IMG/VR virus record: IMGVR_UViG_3300017766_002493
Coordinates: 32,001 to 96,000 of that record
Direction: 5' to 3' (one strand)
Length of the DNA: 64,000 nucleotides
From: a virus
The notes beneath the pieces were generated by a model. That model had not been told where the DNA came from. It did not search any database and saw nothing but the letters and a program-made list of their open reading frames with translations. A program made the translations under genes and the position numbers. How positions within the stretch are numbered: position 1 is the stretch's first letter; the number at the start of each line of letters is the position of its first letter. Positions 45,837-55,951 of this stretch are shown in pieces.

Positions 45837-46195
45837 CAACAATTTTTTATTTAATGACTCTTATATTCTTAGGTTATGAATTATGGTCAATTACTCATGC
45901 TAAGGTATTTGGTGAACTAGTTTATGGTCTAAGACAATATAGAGAAGATAAAGCAATAACACCAGAGCTTATGAATGGTTGTGTAATAGCTTTTATCAGT
46001 GGTCTTTATATGTTGTGGGCAGTTGCCGGATTATTTTCGAGTAATGGTAAACTATTTTTATTATTAATATTAATAGGTGGTTTTAGTAATGGTTTGAGGA
46101 CAATGTTTCCAAGACAATCAACTATTATCATTGCTATAGATGCCTTTATATGTTTAGTAATACTATGTGTAATTTTTATTAATCACTTTATTTAA
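45833..46195 (+). CDS. Multi-TM membrane protein
   Basis: About four hydrophobic segments. Confidence 0.6.
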   Translation: MTTIFYLMTLIFLGYELWSITHAKVFGELVYGLRQYREDKAITPELMNGCVIAFISGLYMLWAVAGLFSSNGKLFLLLILIGGFSNGLRTMFPRQSTIIIAIDAFICLVILCVIFINHFI

Positions 46196-46200
46196 AAATA

Positions 46201-46259
46201 CTGGGTGAAAAAAGGCTAGTAGGTTATTCATTGTCGTGATCCTACTAGTCTACACCCAG
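46201..46259 (+). other. Structured RNA element, copy 2
   Basis: CTGGGTG-AAAAA-AGGCTAGTAGG-loop-CCTACTAGTCT-A-CACCCAG. Confidence 0.6.
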
Positions 46260-46271
46260 GCAATAATAAGC

Positions 46272-48943
46272 ATGAAACATAAAAAGTATTCTATGTTCCA
46301 ATCTATTCAAGAATTGGAGGCTAAGATATTTGAGTTGGCGGAGCTCTATTCTACTACGGATAACCCAGTCTTTAAAAACATTATAAATAATGAAATAGAA
46401 GCCGCTCAAATAGCAATGAGAATTAAAACAAAAGAAGTTATAAAACAATATCACATTAAAAGAGATGGAACAATCAATTAAATCGCTATTAAAAATAGTA
46501 ATCGTATCTCTATTGATTATGGGATATATAAGTTGCATAGTAAACTTTATATCCTGTGATTTTAGAGAACCATTTAAAGCAGAGACTTTCTATGGTATAG
46601 GTATATTCACCGGACTAGGTATAATATTAGGATGGTTTAACTTTGGAAAATAAAACAATATGAATGAATTTATATGTAGTGTATGTGGTACTAAGTACCG
46701 CTCACCAGAATTAACACCACCTCCAGGAATAAAGTGGAGTGATGGTCATGTATGTACACCTAAACCTGTAGACAATGGAAAATGAGTTTAACCAAGAGGA
46801 GTGGAACTCTAAGATAAGAGAAGCTTCAGCAAAATGGTTTAAAGATAATCCAGATTACAATCCTGGTTTTAACTATTATGATTCAGGAGAAATAACAATA
46901 CCTGGAGATAGTCAATACTACAGAGTACCAATGGATATGTGGTATGATTACCATGATGCTAAGTATAACACTAAAATGAACAGAACATGAATAAAGAATT
47001 TGTAACATATGAACAAGCTCTAGCTCTTAAAGAGCTGGGGTTTGATGAATCTTGTATGGTTTATTATAATAAAAGTAAAAAACTTCATTTTGATAAGTAT
47101 ACTACAAGCACTTGGTCTTCAACTTGTGTTGCACCACTCAAACAACAAGCCTTCAGGTTTTTTAGAGAGAAGCATGGTATGCTAGGTTGTATTGAATTTG
47201 TAGAACCTGAATATGGTGGTGATTATGGGTATAAACTATACTATAAACCAGGTCATCTATATATTGATCACTGGAATAAAGGTTTTAAAACCTATGAAGA
47301 AGCAAAACATGCTTGTTTAGATAAACTAATTGAAATAACTAAAAACAAATAATATGGAAAATAACACACCAACAGCAGAAGAAATAATAAGTATTGTAGA
47401 AGCCACTGTAGCAGCATATAGTAACAGTCCTGTTTGGTATAAGACAGACATTAAAAAATATATGATTGAATTTGCTAAACTTCATGTAAAAGCAGCACTT
47501 AAAGCTGCTGCAAAAAGTGCAAAGTTTAGTCTTGAAAGTGGTAAAGGAGAAGTACACTTTGATGTTTATCCATTAACTAATATTAAGTAACATGCACATA
47601 TTTAATTTTGCACTATACACATTAATACTAAGTCATAATCCATGTGATATATTCAAGTATTATCAAGTATCAGAGATGCACGGTCTTAACCTTGCAGATT
47701 GTGAAAAGCACACCAACAATACAGAACAAGCTTACATAGCTGGTTGGTGTAATCTATCTCCTAAAGATAATAAACCATTTGTGTTTATCAACCTAAGTAG
47801 ATGTACAGATGATGTAGTAACCACAGCAACTGTGTTCCATGAGATGATGCACCTAGCAGGTATTGAGTATGAAGGTTGCTGGGATTCTGATGAAGAGAAC
47901 ATGATAACCTTTGCAGAGAATGAGACCTATAAAGTAGTAGAACTAATTAAACAGAAAAAGTAGTATGAAACTAATAACAGATAATGCTTTTGACAAAGCT
48001 TGGAAGAACTCATGTCCTACTTGTGAACCACAACAAGTTAATAGAATACTCTGGTTTAGAGAACAGTGTCATACTTGTGAGCAGCAAGATTTAAAATATG
48101 AGAAACAAGAGTTAAAAAATGCACTAGCTCTATTAAGATACATGAAAGGAGTAGAAGATGCATTACACGGTAGAAAAAATAACTAAAAACAATTGACTAT
48201 GAAAACACCTGAAGAATTGGAAAAGTTAGCAGATGAGAAATACTTAGAGAAAGTAGAAGATATAAATAATTCTACTATAAGAGGATTTATAGTATCTGCT
48301 GTCAAAGGTGGGTTTGTTGAGGGATATCAACAATGCCAAGAAGATATGGCTGATAAAGAAGCTCAAGACAAAATTAAAGAACATATTTTAAACCATGCAA
48401 ATAACCAATCTCCAGAAGATAGGCTTGAAACTGAATTAGCGGCTAAGAAATACACAGAGGAAGATTTAGAAAATGCTTTTAATAGTGGTAGAGGGTATGG
48501 TGTACCTGATAATATAAAAGATTTTAACTCATTCATCAAATCACTAAACAAAAAAGACTAATATGAAAACAAAATTATTAATAGCAACAGGTAATGGATG
48601 GCACACTGAAGATGGATTTGAAATAGATCTACCTTTTATGCCACATATAGGTATGCAAATAAAACTTAATGAAAAAAATATGGAAGAGTGGCAAAATATG
48701 CTATATAGATCTAAATCATTTAGTGAGTATGCTGAAGATTATGGATTTGGTAGTAATGTAGAAGATGTATGGAAATTAACAGCAGGACAATGTAGAAAAA
48801 TATTTACTAATGGTCGCAATACAAAAAGAATACCTTATTTTAGTATAGAGGATGTTTTTCTTGTTGATGCTTTATATTTTAAACAAGGAGAAAAGAATAA
48901 AGATTCTGATGTATTATATGTAGTAATGTCTAATAGTCTTTAA
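46272..48943 (+). other. Array of about ten short, tightly packed hypothetical ORFs
   Basis: ORFs ending at 46481, 46653, 46990, 47352, 47590, 47963, 48186, 48561 and 48943, plus a small CxxC ORF near 46660. Confidence 0.6.
47592..47963 (+). CDS. Putative zincin-like metallopeptidase
   Basis: TVFHEMMHL (HExxH) with a downstream Glu. Confidence 0.55.
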   Translation: MHIFNFALYTLILSHNPCDIFKYYQVSEMHGLNLADCEKHTNNTEQAYIAGWCNLSPKDNKPFVFINLSRCTDDVVTTATVFHEMMHLAGIEYEGCWDSDEENMITFAENETYKVVELIKQKK

Positions 48944-48980
48944 TAAACATGGAAGATAAAGTAACTAGAAACTAAAAATT

Positions 48981-49121
48981 ATGATAATACTAAAATACAT
49001 AATACTGAGCCTATTAGGTTTAACACTTGCAGTTTTGGTTATAGCAGGTTTATATATAGTATGGTTTAAGATGCTACCAGATATTTATAAAAACATTAAA
49101 GAAACATGGTTGAAAAAGTAA
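48981..49121 (+). CDS. Single-TM micro-protein (46 aa) between duplicated gene starts
   Basis: Manual translation MIILKYIILSLLGLTLAVLVIAGLYIVWFKMLPDIYKNIKETWLKK. Confidence 0.6.
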   Translation: MIILKYIILSLLGLTLAVLVIAGLYIVWFKMLPDIYKNIKETWLKK

Positions 49122-49231
49122 CTAGAAAGTCTATGCTCATCAGACCTAGTGGCAAAGCTGAGTATATAAGACAGTGGACTGAACTACATGATGAGATAAT
49201 ACCATGGAATAAGATTAGGTATATATTTTAA
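49106..49231 (+). pseudogene. Probable internally deleted remnant of a radical-SAM (spore-photoproduct-lyase-like) gene
   Basis: MVEKVTRKSMLIRPSG joined in frame to KAEYIRQWTELHDEIIPWNKIRYIF; recalled as the two termini of that phage family, not verified. Confidence 0.45.
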
Positions 49232-49241
49232 AACTAAAACA

Positions 49242-49490
49242 ATGAAAATCAATTTAAAAAATCACTCAAAAGATTTGTTGCAGCTTTTAAAGCTGAAGAA
49301 GGATTTGATTAGTAATCCTGAGTTAAAAAAATATAGTAAACTAATAGGAAAAGTTATACATCTATATGAAGAAATAGAAGTTGATACAGAATTATCTGGC
49401 GAGTGTATACTAGAACTAGATAAACCTAGACAAGAAGCTATAGAAGAAAGAAATCACATGTTAAGTTTTATAAAAGAAGAAGATGACTAA
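49242..49490 (+). CDS. Hypothetical protein
   Basis: 82-aa ORF. Confidence 0.55.
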   Translation: MKINLKNHSKDLLQLLKLKKDLISNPELKKYSKLIGKVIHLYEEIEVDTELSGECILELDKPRQEAIEERNHMLSFIKEEDD

Positions 49491-49728
49491 AGAAATAAGA
49501 AACAATGCTATTGCTGTTTACATGAGTGATACAAGAAAGAATCTTAAGTATGATAAATCTTGGGACTGGTTAATACCAGTGTGGTCAAAGATAAGAATGG
49601 AGATGTCTATAGCAACTGTTGTTAATGCTGTAAGTTGTATTGATATAAATGATATAGATAAGTTCTTTGAGATTGTATCAAACACAGCTATAATCTGGTG
49701 TAATCAGAACAAAATAAAACTACAATGA
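49483..49728 (+). CDS. Hypothetical protein
   Basis: LKY..SWDWLIPV motif common in small phage ORFs. Confidence 0.6.
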   Translation: MTKEIRNNAIAVYMSDTRKNLKYDKSWDWLIPVWSKIRMEMSIATVVNAVSCIDINDIDKFFEIVSNTAIIWCNQNKIKLQ

Positions 49729-50132
49729 GTAATAAACACAACATATTCCATGGTCAATTTATACCAACTGAAAGTGGCAGCCTTGTGCCTGCTACAAAAG
49801 CTACGGCAATTAGGTTTGATGAGTTTAAAAAATCTTTGGACTATAATCAAAAGGTAGAGGTATTTATGGAAGCTGATGTAGATAATGCTACGGTTCCTCA
49901 AATAGCTAAGATCCATGTATGCATTAGAGAACTATCTATGTATACAGGTGAAAGCTTTGAGGATACAAAGCTTCATATAAAGAAACATGCTGGTTTGTGT
50001 GTAGAAAAGAGTTTAGATGGTAGCAATTTTCTAATCTGTAAATCTTTTGCAGATTGTAGTAAAGATGAATTAGCGTTAGCAATAGAAGCTATTATACAAA
50101 TAGGTGATGAGTGTGGAATCAACTTTCGATAA
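49725..50132 (+). CDS. NinB-like hypothetical protein
   Basis: Q.AKIH..IREL...TG...E..K...K and KSFA..SK.E pattern. Confidence 0.45.
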   Translation: MSNKHNIFHGQFIPTESGSLVPATKATAIRFDEFKKSLDYNQKVEVFMEADVDNATVPQIAKIHVCIRELSMYTGESFEDTKLHIKKHAGLCVEKSLDGSNFLICKSFADCSKDELALAIEAIIQIGDECGINFR

Positions 50133-50457
50133 CATTAGCTTTTTCTTTTAATGTTCTAAGAGCTTCTTCATTTAAATCTTTTGGATCAATCTCAAACTCT
50201 TTATCAACATAAAGATTTTGCTTCTTAGCTTGAGATTCTATCTCAAAGATAAGAGCATGAACAGTTTGCATATTGTATTCAAACTCATTAGCAGCGGGCT
50301 CAGAAGTTTGCATCTTTCTATATGCTTCTTCTACTTCCTCTTTGCTTTTGTTAACGATAAGACTAAAAGCTAAACTTTGAACACGAGCTACAAATTTACC
50401 AGGTATCTCAAGTTTTACAATCTTATCATTCTCTAGTATGGGCATCTTTATTTTCAT
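50119..50457 (-). CDS. Hypothetical protein on the counter-strand with its own promoter
   Basis: Start likely MKIKMP; TATATTTG at 50461-50468 lies 3 nt upstream. Confidence 0.65.
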   Translation of the reverse strand: MKIKMPILENDKIVKLEIPGKFVARVQSLAFSLIVNKSKEEVEEAYRKMQTSEPAANEFEYNMQTVHALIFEIESQAKKQNLYVDKEFEIDPKDLNEEALRTLKEKANVIES

Positions 50458-50499
50458 GCTCAAATATAAAAAATTTATTATAAACATAAAAAGTTTAAT

Positions 50500-51216
50500 A
50501 TGAAAACTTTAAACAATGTAAATTTAAAAGAAGTACAAATGAAGCTTTATGAGAGGCTTAAGCCATCAGGATGGGGACAGCAGCTCAAAGGTTTCTTACT
50601 AAGTGATGATTTTTATTCTTTACTTAATAAGTTATTAGACCAAGCAAATGATCAGAAAAGATTTACTCCTACTATGAAGCAAGTCTTTAGAGCTTTTGAA
50701 GAGTGTCCATATGATAAACTAAAAGTTATTATAGTAACCCAAGATCCATATCCCTACGCCGGGGTAGCAGATGGTATAGCATTTTCTTGTAGCAATACGG
50801 GTAAGATAGCTGCATCTTTAAAATATATCTTCAAGGATATAGAAACCAATGTGTACTTAGATGGCTATGAGTGGAATCCAGATCTAGCTAGATGGTCTAA
50901 TCAAGGTGTACTTATGTTAAATACTGCGCTTACTACTACAATAAATAAAGTAGGAGAGCACTATGATATATGGACTCCATTTATACAGTACTTGTTTGAT
51001 ATAATTACTACAAAGAATCCTGGATTAGTATATGCTTTTATGGGTAAGAAAGCTCAGGAGTGGATAAAACAGATACCTGAAAATAATATTTTGTTAAGTT
51101 GTAGTCACCCTGCTTCAGCAGCTCACTCAGAAAAAGAGTTCTGGGATAGTGGTGATATCTTTAACAGGATTAATGACGCAACACACAAACAATTTAATAC
51201 TCAGATTGTTTGGTAG
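50500..51216 (+). CDS. ung: Uracil-DNA glycosylase, family 1
   Basis: VFRAF, KVII..QDPY, G.AFS, L.RW..QGVL.LNT.LT and SHPAS motifs. Confidence 0.9.
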   Translation: MKTLNNVNLKEVQMKLYERLKPSGWGQQLKGFLLSDDFYSLLNKLLDQANDQKRFTPTMKQVFRAFEECPYDKLKVIIVTQDPYPYAGVADGIAFSCSNTGKIAASLKYIFKDIETNVYLDGYEWNPDLARWSNQGVLMLNTALTTTINKVGEHYDIWTPFIQYLFDIITTKNPGLVYAFMGKKAQEWIKQIPENNILLSCSHPASAAHSEKEFWDSGDIFNRINDATHKQFNTQIVW

Positions 51217-51672
51217 TTATCTCATAATGGATAAAAACAAAAGACCTCCTAGTAGTATAGTTGTTGATCCCCAACCTATTGTTAGGAATGTTCTTTGTGT
51301 TGTTAAAGATTTTACATCATTGGTTAATGATTCAATAGTAGATTCCTTTTCTTTTATAATATGGTCTTTTAAAAAGTGTTGATTATTTAAGTGATAAATC
51401 TCGTCTTGTTTCTCTTTTATTAACTCTTCTCTATTCTTGATTTTAAAGTATGCAACATTTAAAAGAGTATCACAAGCTTCACAATCTGTTAAGATTGCTG
51501 CAAGCTTTTGAAGTTCAGCAAGATTATAACACTTACTTGTATCGGATTTCTCTTTTGATTGCTGCGCGGATAATTGAGTCAAGCTCATCAGGAGTAGCAG
51601 CAGTAAGAATAAATTTGATTTTTTCACGAGTTTTATGTTTAATTTGAGGTTCAAGTCTACATACACTGTCAT
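51217..51672 (-). CDS. Spanin-like membrane coiled-coil protein (start uncertain)
   Basis: Hydrophobic segment, coiled coil and C-terminal TM; overlaps the upstream gene. Confidence 0.45.
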   Translation of the reverse strand: MTVYVDLNLKLNIKLVKKSNLFLLLLLLMSLTQLSAQQSKEKSDTSKCYNLAELQKLAAILTDCEACDTLLNVAYFKIKNREELIKEKQDEIYHLNNQHFLKDHIIKEKESTIESLTNDVKSLTTQRTFLTIGWGSTTILLGGLLFLSIMR

Positions 51673-51856
51673 ATGCTAACTCTAATTGTTCTTGTCTTAT
51701 ATGGCTAGAGTCAATTCTTTTTTGTAAATATGCAATTGAATCTCTTAAAGCTTTTTCTCTGCCGGTATCAACAGGATTAGTTTTAATTTTAAAAGACAAA
51801 TAGATTATAACACCTATTAAAGAAGCAATGATAACAATGTTAATATACTTTTTCAT
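51533..51856 (-). CDS. Spanin-like protein (N-terminal TM plus coiled coil)
   Basis: MKKYINIVIIASLIGVIIYL then heptad repeats; overlapping gene pair. Confidence 0.5.
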   Translation of the reverse strand: MKKYINIVIIASLIGVIIYLSFKIKTNPVDTGREKALRDSIAYLQKRIDSSHIRQEQLELAYDSVCRLEPQIKHKTREKIKFILTAATPDELDSIIRAAIKREIRYK

Positions 51857-51898
51857 TTAGCTAATGTACAAAATTAATAATAAACAAATCAAAAACAA

Positions 51899-52390
51899 AT
51901 GGATCTTTTAGACGAAAAAGAAAAAGAGATAATGGATAAAGAAATAGAAGATTTTCAAAATCAATTCTATAAGACACATGGTATACATCTACTGGTTTCT
52001 TATAGAGTAAAGAGTATGAAATCTTTAAGTGTAACACTCTCGGAATTAGATACTATGATAAAGGATGACGCTAAAGAATATTATCCTGAGCTAGTTGCTG
52101 TTCATCCAAATTTCACAAGAGAGAAAACCAGAAATGGTATGCTAGTTACTTATAGACAAATGCTTCATTACCTTGCTCGAGAATCTGGATATACTTTAAC
52201 ATTCATCGCAAAGTATTGTGGGTTTCATCATGCAAGTGTTATCCATGGTTGTAAAACTGTAGAAGATTATCTGATTATCAAAGATAAAAAAGTAGTTGAA
52301 ATATTTAATAGAATAAAAAATGAAATCAAAAACAGATATGGCTATGATGGATATGTTCAATATGATAATAGAAAAAGAGCTGAATCCTAA
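51899..52390 (+). CDS. DnaA C-terminal-like HTH protein
   Basis: RQMLHYLAR...TL..IA...G.HHASVIHG.K.V resembles DnaA domain IV. Confidence 0.7.
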   Translation: MDLLDEKEKEIMDKEIEDFQNQFYKTHGIHLLVSYRVKSMKSLSVTLSELDTMIKDDAKEYYPELVAVHPNFTREKTRNGMLVTYRQMLHYLARESGYTLTFIAKYCGFHHASVIHGCKTVEDYLIIKDKKVVEIFNRIKNEIKNRYGYDGYVQYDNRKRAES

Positions 52391-52931
52391 TCAGTTCTTT
52401 GTTCTATATTGTATTCAACATTCTATATCACCTAACAATGTAAACCTTCATCAAGAACTAAGACACCTACAAAACACTGAGTTTCTTGATCAAGAAAATA
52501 AGTTGTCACCTAAAGCTATAAGTACTATAGCCAAGGTAGAAAGCTTCTTCAAAATACATAAGAAGAAAACTAATAATCAGCTACTAGGAAATGAGTATCT
52601 TAAAAAGATACAAGAATACAATGAAGTATTTCCTAAGAAGAAAGCTGGTAGTGGTAAGTATATGAGAAGTAGTCCTAAGAATCTAGAAGCAAACTTTAGA
52701 TGGTTCTTTGAAAACTTTTCATATAGTTGGGAAACAATATTAAAAGCTACTGAACTATATGTTCAAAAGCAAAGCGATGAGAATTATAAATATACTAGAA
52801 CCTCTATGTATTTTATAAGGAAACAAGACTCTAGTAAGGTGGCTAGTTCAGATCTAGCTGATTACTGTGAGATAATAGAGTCTGGTGAAACACTTGAGAA
52901 CAAAATAATATTTAAAGAAAAAGTAGTATGA
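52320..52931 (+). CDS. Putative replication-initiation protein
   Basis: N-terminal HTH-like part; YNEVFP.K...ILKAT..YV C-terminal domain; upstream of the helicase. Confidence 0.5.
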   Translation: MKSKTDMAMMDMFNMIIEKELNPNQFFVLYCIQHSISPNNVNLHQELRHLQNTEFLDQENKLSPKAISTIAKVESFFKIHKKKTNNQLLGNEYLKKIQEYNEVFPKKKAGSGKYMRSSPKNLEANFRWFFENFSYSWETILKATELYVQKQSDENYKYTRTSMYFIRKQDSSKVASSDLADYCEIIESGETLENKIIFKEKVV

Positions 52932-53530
52932 CGGAATATAAAACAGTAAACTTAGGAGAAAAGCTATTAGAAATTGTACAGGATGATTATCCTGAGAGTC
53001 CAAGAGAATGGGATAATCTAGGCACCATGGCTATCTTTCATAGAAGATATGAATTTGGTGATAAAAATATTCCTTTCTCATCAGATGATTTTAATAGTTG
53101 GTCTGAGATGGAGCAGCATATCTGGAACAAAGAAAAGGCTGGAGTATGTTTACCTATCTATATGTATGATCACAGTGGTATTACAATTAATACTACCGGG
53201 TTTAGTTGTCCTTGGGACTCAGGTCAAGTAGGATTTATTTATGTAACTAAGAAGAAATTAAAAGAAGAATATGGTAAAGTAAATGAAGAAACAATTTCAA
53301 GAGCAACAAAAGTTTTAGAAGGTGAAGTTGAAATAATGGATTTTTATATATCTGGAAATGTATATGGATTTAATCTATATAAAACATCTACATGTGATAA
53401 AGGTCACGAGCACAGAGAGTTAATAGATTCTTGCCACGGTTTCTATGGTGATGACTTTGAAGCAAATGGTTTGTTAGATCATTGTGATATAACAAATGAT
53501 GAAAAAATGTTAGCATTAAGAGAGTTATAA
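52928..53530 (+). CDS. Conserved phage hypothetical protein
   Basis: SPREWDNLGTM, LPIYMYDHSG, WDSGQVGFIY and DSC.GFYG motifs. Confidence 0.7.
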   Translation: MTEYKTVNLGEKLLEIVQDDYPESPREWDNLGTMAIFHRRYEFGDKNIPFSSDDFNSWSEMEQHIWNKEKAGVCLPIYMYDHSGITINTTGFSCPWDSGQVGFIYVTKKKLKEEYGKVNEETISRATKVLEGEVEIMDFYISGNVYGFNLYKTSTCDKGHEHRELIDSCHGFYGDDFEANGLLDHCDITNDEKMLALREL

Positions 53531-53627
53531 TAAAAAATTTTTTTATCTTTGCAAAACAACTCAATCCCCCTATTCAAATAATTTTAAAAATTAAACTTGA
53601 TTAAAAAGTAAAGGGAATACTCACCTT

Positions 53628-54638
53628 ATGTCTACAGAAAAAAAGAAGTCTTGGAAACAAGTTAAGGAATCTTATCAAGAGGCTCTTAACTACATGCAAG
53701 GTAGAAGAGATGGTACTATTAGTAGTATCCTTACACCTTGGAAAAAATTTAATGATGCCATTGAAGATGGTATACCTTGGAACTCAACCACAGTTATTGC
53801 TGCTAGGCCAGGTACAGGTAAGACACTAATCAAAGATCAAATTGTAAGAAGCGCTTTTGAATTAAATCCCAATGTTAATTTTAGAGTATTAGAATTTCAA
53901 TTTGAAATGGTAGGAAGAGTTACAGCTATGAGAAGCTTCTCATCCTATTTAGATAGGTCCTACAAATATTTGTGTAGTGCTGATGGAAAAATATCTCAAT
54001 CAGATATTAGTCTATGCTATGACTATGCAAAGAAAATGATTAGCTACCCTATTGATTTAGTAGACGAACCTTGTACTGTTAATGAGTTTCGCCAAATCAT
54101 CGCTGACTACATGGAATCATACTCTATTCAAAAGAAGAATGATGATGGAAGTTTCAGCAGACAATACACCAAAACAATTATCACTCTAGATCACTCACTG
54201 TTACTACGAAAAGCAAGCTTTGAAAAAGACAAACATGATACTCTATTCGCACTCGGAGAAGCAATCACAGCATTAAAAAGAAAGTATCCAATAGCTTTTG
54301 TCATACTAAGCCAACTCAATAGATCCATAGATTCACCAGAGAGAAATGAAAATGGTAAGTATGGTAACTATATTTTGGATTCCGATATCTATGGGGCTGA
54401 TGCCTTACTACAACATGCAGATACTGTAGTAGGTGTTAATAGACCAGGTAAACAAAATATCAGTGAATATGGTCCAGAGAGATATCTAATAACAGACTTG
54501 GATGTATTAGTGTTTCACTTTCTCAAGGCTAGGAATGGTGATACTCGTATGAGTTTTATGAAGGCTGAGTTTAGTAAGATGAGAGTCTCAGAAATGGATA
54601 CACCACCTTGTATGGAAAGAAAAATAAACACAAAGTAA
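53628..54638 (+). CDS. dnaB: DnaB-like replicative helicase
   Basis: AARPGTGKT, FEM, ITLDH, LSQLNR and KARNG motifs; TATCTTTG upstream at 53544-53551. Confidence 0.9.
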   Translation: MSTEKKKSWKQVKESYQEALNYMQGRRDGTISSILTPWKKFNDAIEDGIPWNSTTVIAARPGTGKTLIKDQIVRSAFELNPNVNFRVLEFQFEMVGRVTAMRSFSSYLDRSYKYLCSADGKISQSDISLCYDYAKKMISYPIDLVDEPCTVNEFRQIIADYMESYSIQKKNDDGSFSRQYTKTIITLDHSLLLRKASFEKDKHDTLFALGEAITALKRKYPIAFVILSQLNRSIDSPERNENGKYGNYILDSDIYGADALLQHADTVVGVNRPGKQNISEYGPERYLITDLDVLVFHFLKARNGDTRMSFMKAEFSKMRVSEMDTPPCMERKINTK

Positions 54639-54639
54639 A

Positions 54640-55179
54640 ATGAGCGGATTAAACACAATCGTAACACCCGAAGACAAGCGGGAAAGGTTGAAGTCTTTAA
54701 GAGATTTTCACCAACAAACTTTTGCGGAAATGGGAATACCAGATGCCTATTTTATTCCTAAGTTGGCTTATAAACCACCGGGGAAATTAGAAAAGCATAT
54801 TGGTTTATTTACCAGTGAGATATCTAAAGGTATGGATATTTACACGGAGCAAGCTTCTGCGGATCTTATACCAGAGGATCCAGATAGAACTCTTTATAAA
54901 TGGAGATATAATCCTAACTATAAAGAGGAGTATGAAACACTAGAGAATAATGGTACTACTAGGTATATGATACCTGTATCAGAATTAATCCTAGTTAAAT
55001 CTTATACGCCAGAAGTATTGGAAGAAACAAAGTATAAACCTACTTTCTCTCCACCAAAAGATGTTTCAAACGGAATAGATTTACCCTTTTCTGATTTAAC
55101 TATTAGAGATTTAGCAGCTATTTTGTTAAAGAAGCCTATCAGTAACAAGCTATGGTTGAATGATTTAATAACAAAATAA
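54640..55179 (+). CDS. Hypothetical protein
   Basis: 179-aa ORF. Confidence 0.65.
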   Translation: MSGLNTIVTPEDKRERLKSLRDFHQQTFAEMGIPDAYFIPKLAYKPPGKLEKHIGLFTSEISKGMDIYTEQASADLIPEDPDRTLYKWRYNPNYKEEYETLENNGTTRYMIPVSELILVKSYTPEVLEETKYKPTFSPPKDVSNGIDLPFSDLTIRDLAAILLKKPISNKLWLNDLITK

Positions 55180-55934
55180 TGGTAAACGAAGAAAAAAAGA
55201 TCATGTTGCCTACTAAAAAGATAGAGGCACATACACAGAGTCCAGAAAATTTAATTATCTTTTCCAAGCCTAAAGTTGGTAAGACTAGTCTGTTTGCTCA
55301 ATTAGATAATTGCTTAATACTAGATCTTGAAGGAGGTACTAAGTATGTAAGTGCAATGAAGATTGAAGCTAAAAGTGTAGAAGATATCAAAGAGATCGGA
55401 GAAGAAATAAAGAAAGCAGGTAAACCTTATCAGTATATTGCTGTAGATACAATCACAGCTTTAGAAGAGATGTGTATTCCATATGCTGAGATTATTTATT
55501 CTCGTACTTCTATGGGTAAGAACTGGTTTGCACAAAGCAAAGCTCAGTATGGTAGCATACTTAACTTACCTAACGGCGCAGGCTATCCTTATCTAAGAGA
55601 AGCTTTCACCAAGATTATAGAGTATATCAAGACATGGGCACCGAGAGTAATTCTTTGTGGTCATATTAAAGATATTCTTCTAGAAAAGAATGGTGCAGAG
55701 TTTACTTCTATGGACTTAGACTTAACAGGTAAACTAAAGAGGATAACAACTTCTCAATCAGATGCTATTGGCTACCTATATAGAAAGGGAACACAAAATA
55801 TCTTAAGCTTTAAGACAAGTGATGAGGTATCTTGTGGTGCTAGACCAGAGCATTTGAGAAACAAAGAGATAGTTGTATCTGAAATGGTAGACGGAGAATT
55901 AAAAACTTATTGGGATAAAGTGTATATTGACTAA
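55179..55934 (+). CDS. AAA_24/Sak4-like ATPase
   Basis: SKPKVGKTS, ILDLEGG, IAVDTIT and ILCGH motifs. Confidence 0.85.
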   Translation: MVNEEKKIMLPTKKIEAHTQSPENLIIFSKPKVGKTSLFAQLDNCLILDLEGGTKYVSAMKIEAKSVEDIKEIGEEIKKAGKPYQYIAVDTITALEEMCIPYAEIIYSRTSMGKNWFAQSKAQYGSILNLPNGAGYPYLREAFTKIIEYIKTWAPRVILCGHIKDILLEKNGAEFTSMDLDLTGKLKRITTSQSDAIGYLYRKGTQNILSFKTSDEVSCGARPEHLRNKEIVVSEMVDGELKTYWDKVYID

Positions 55935-55951
55935 CTAAACAAATAAATAAT

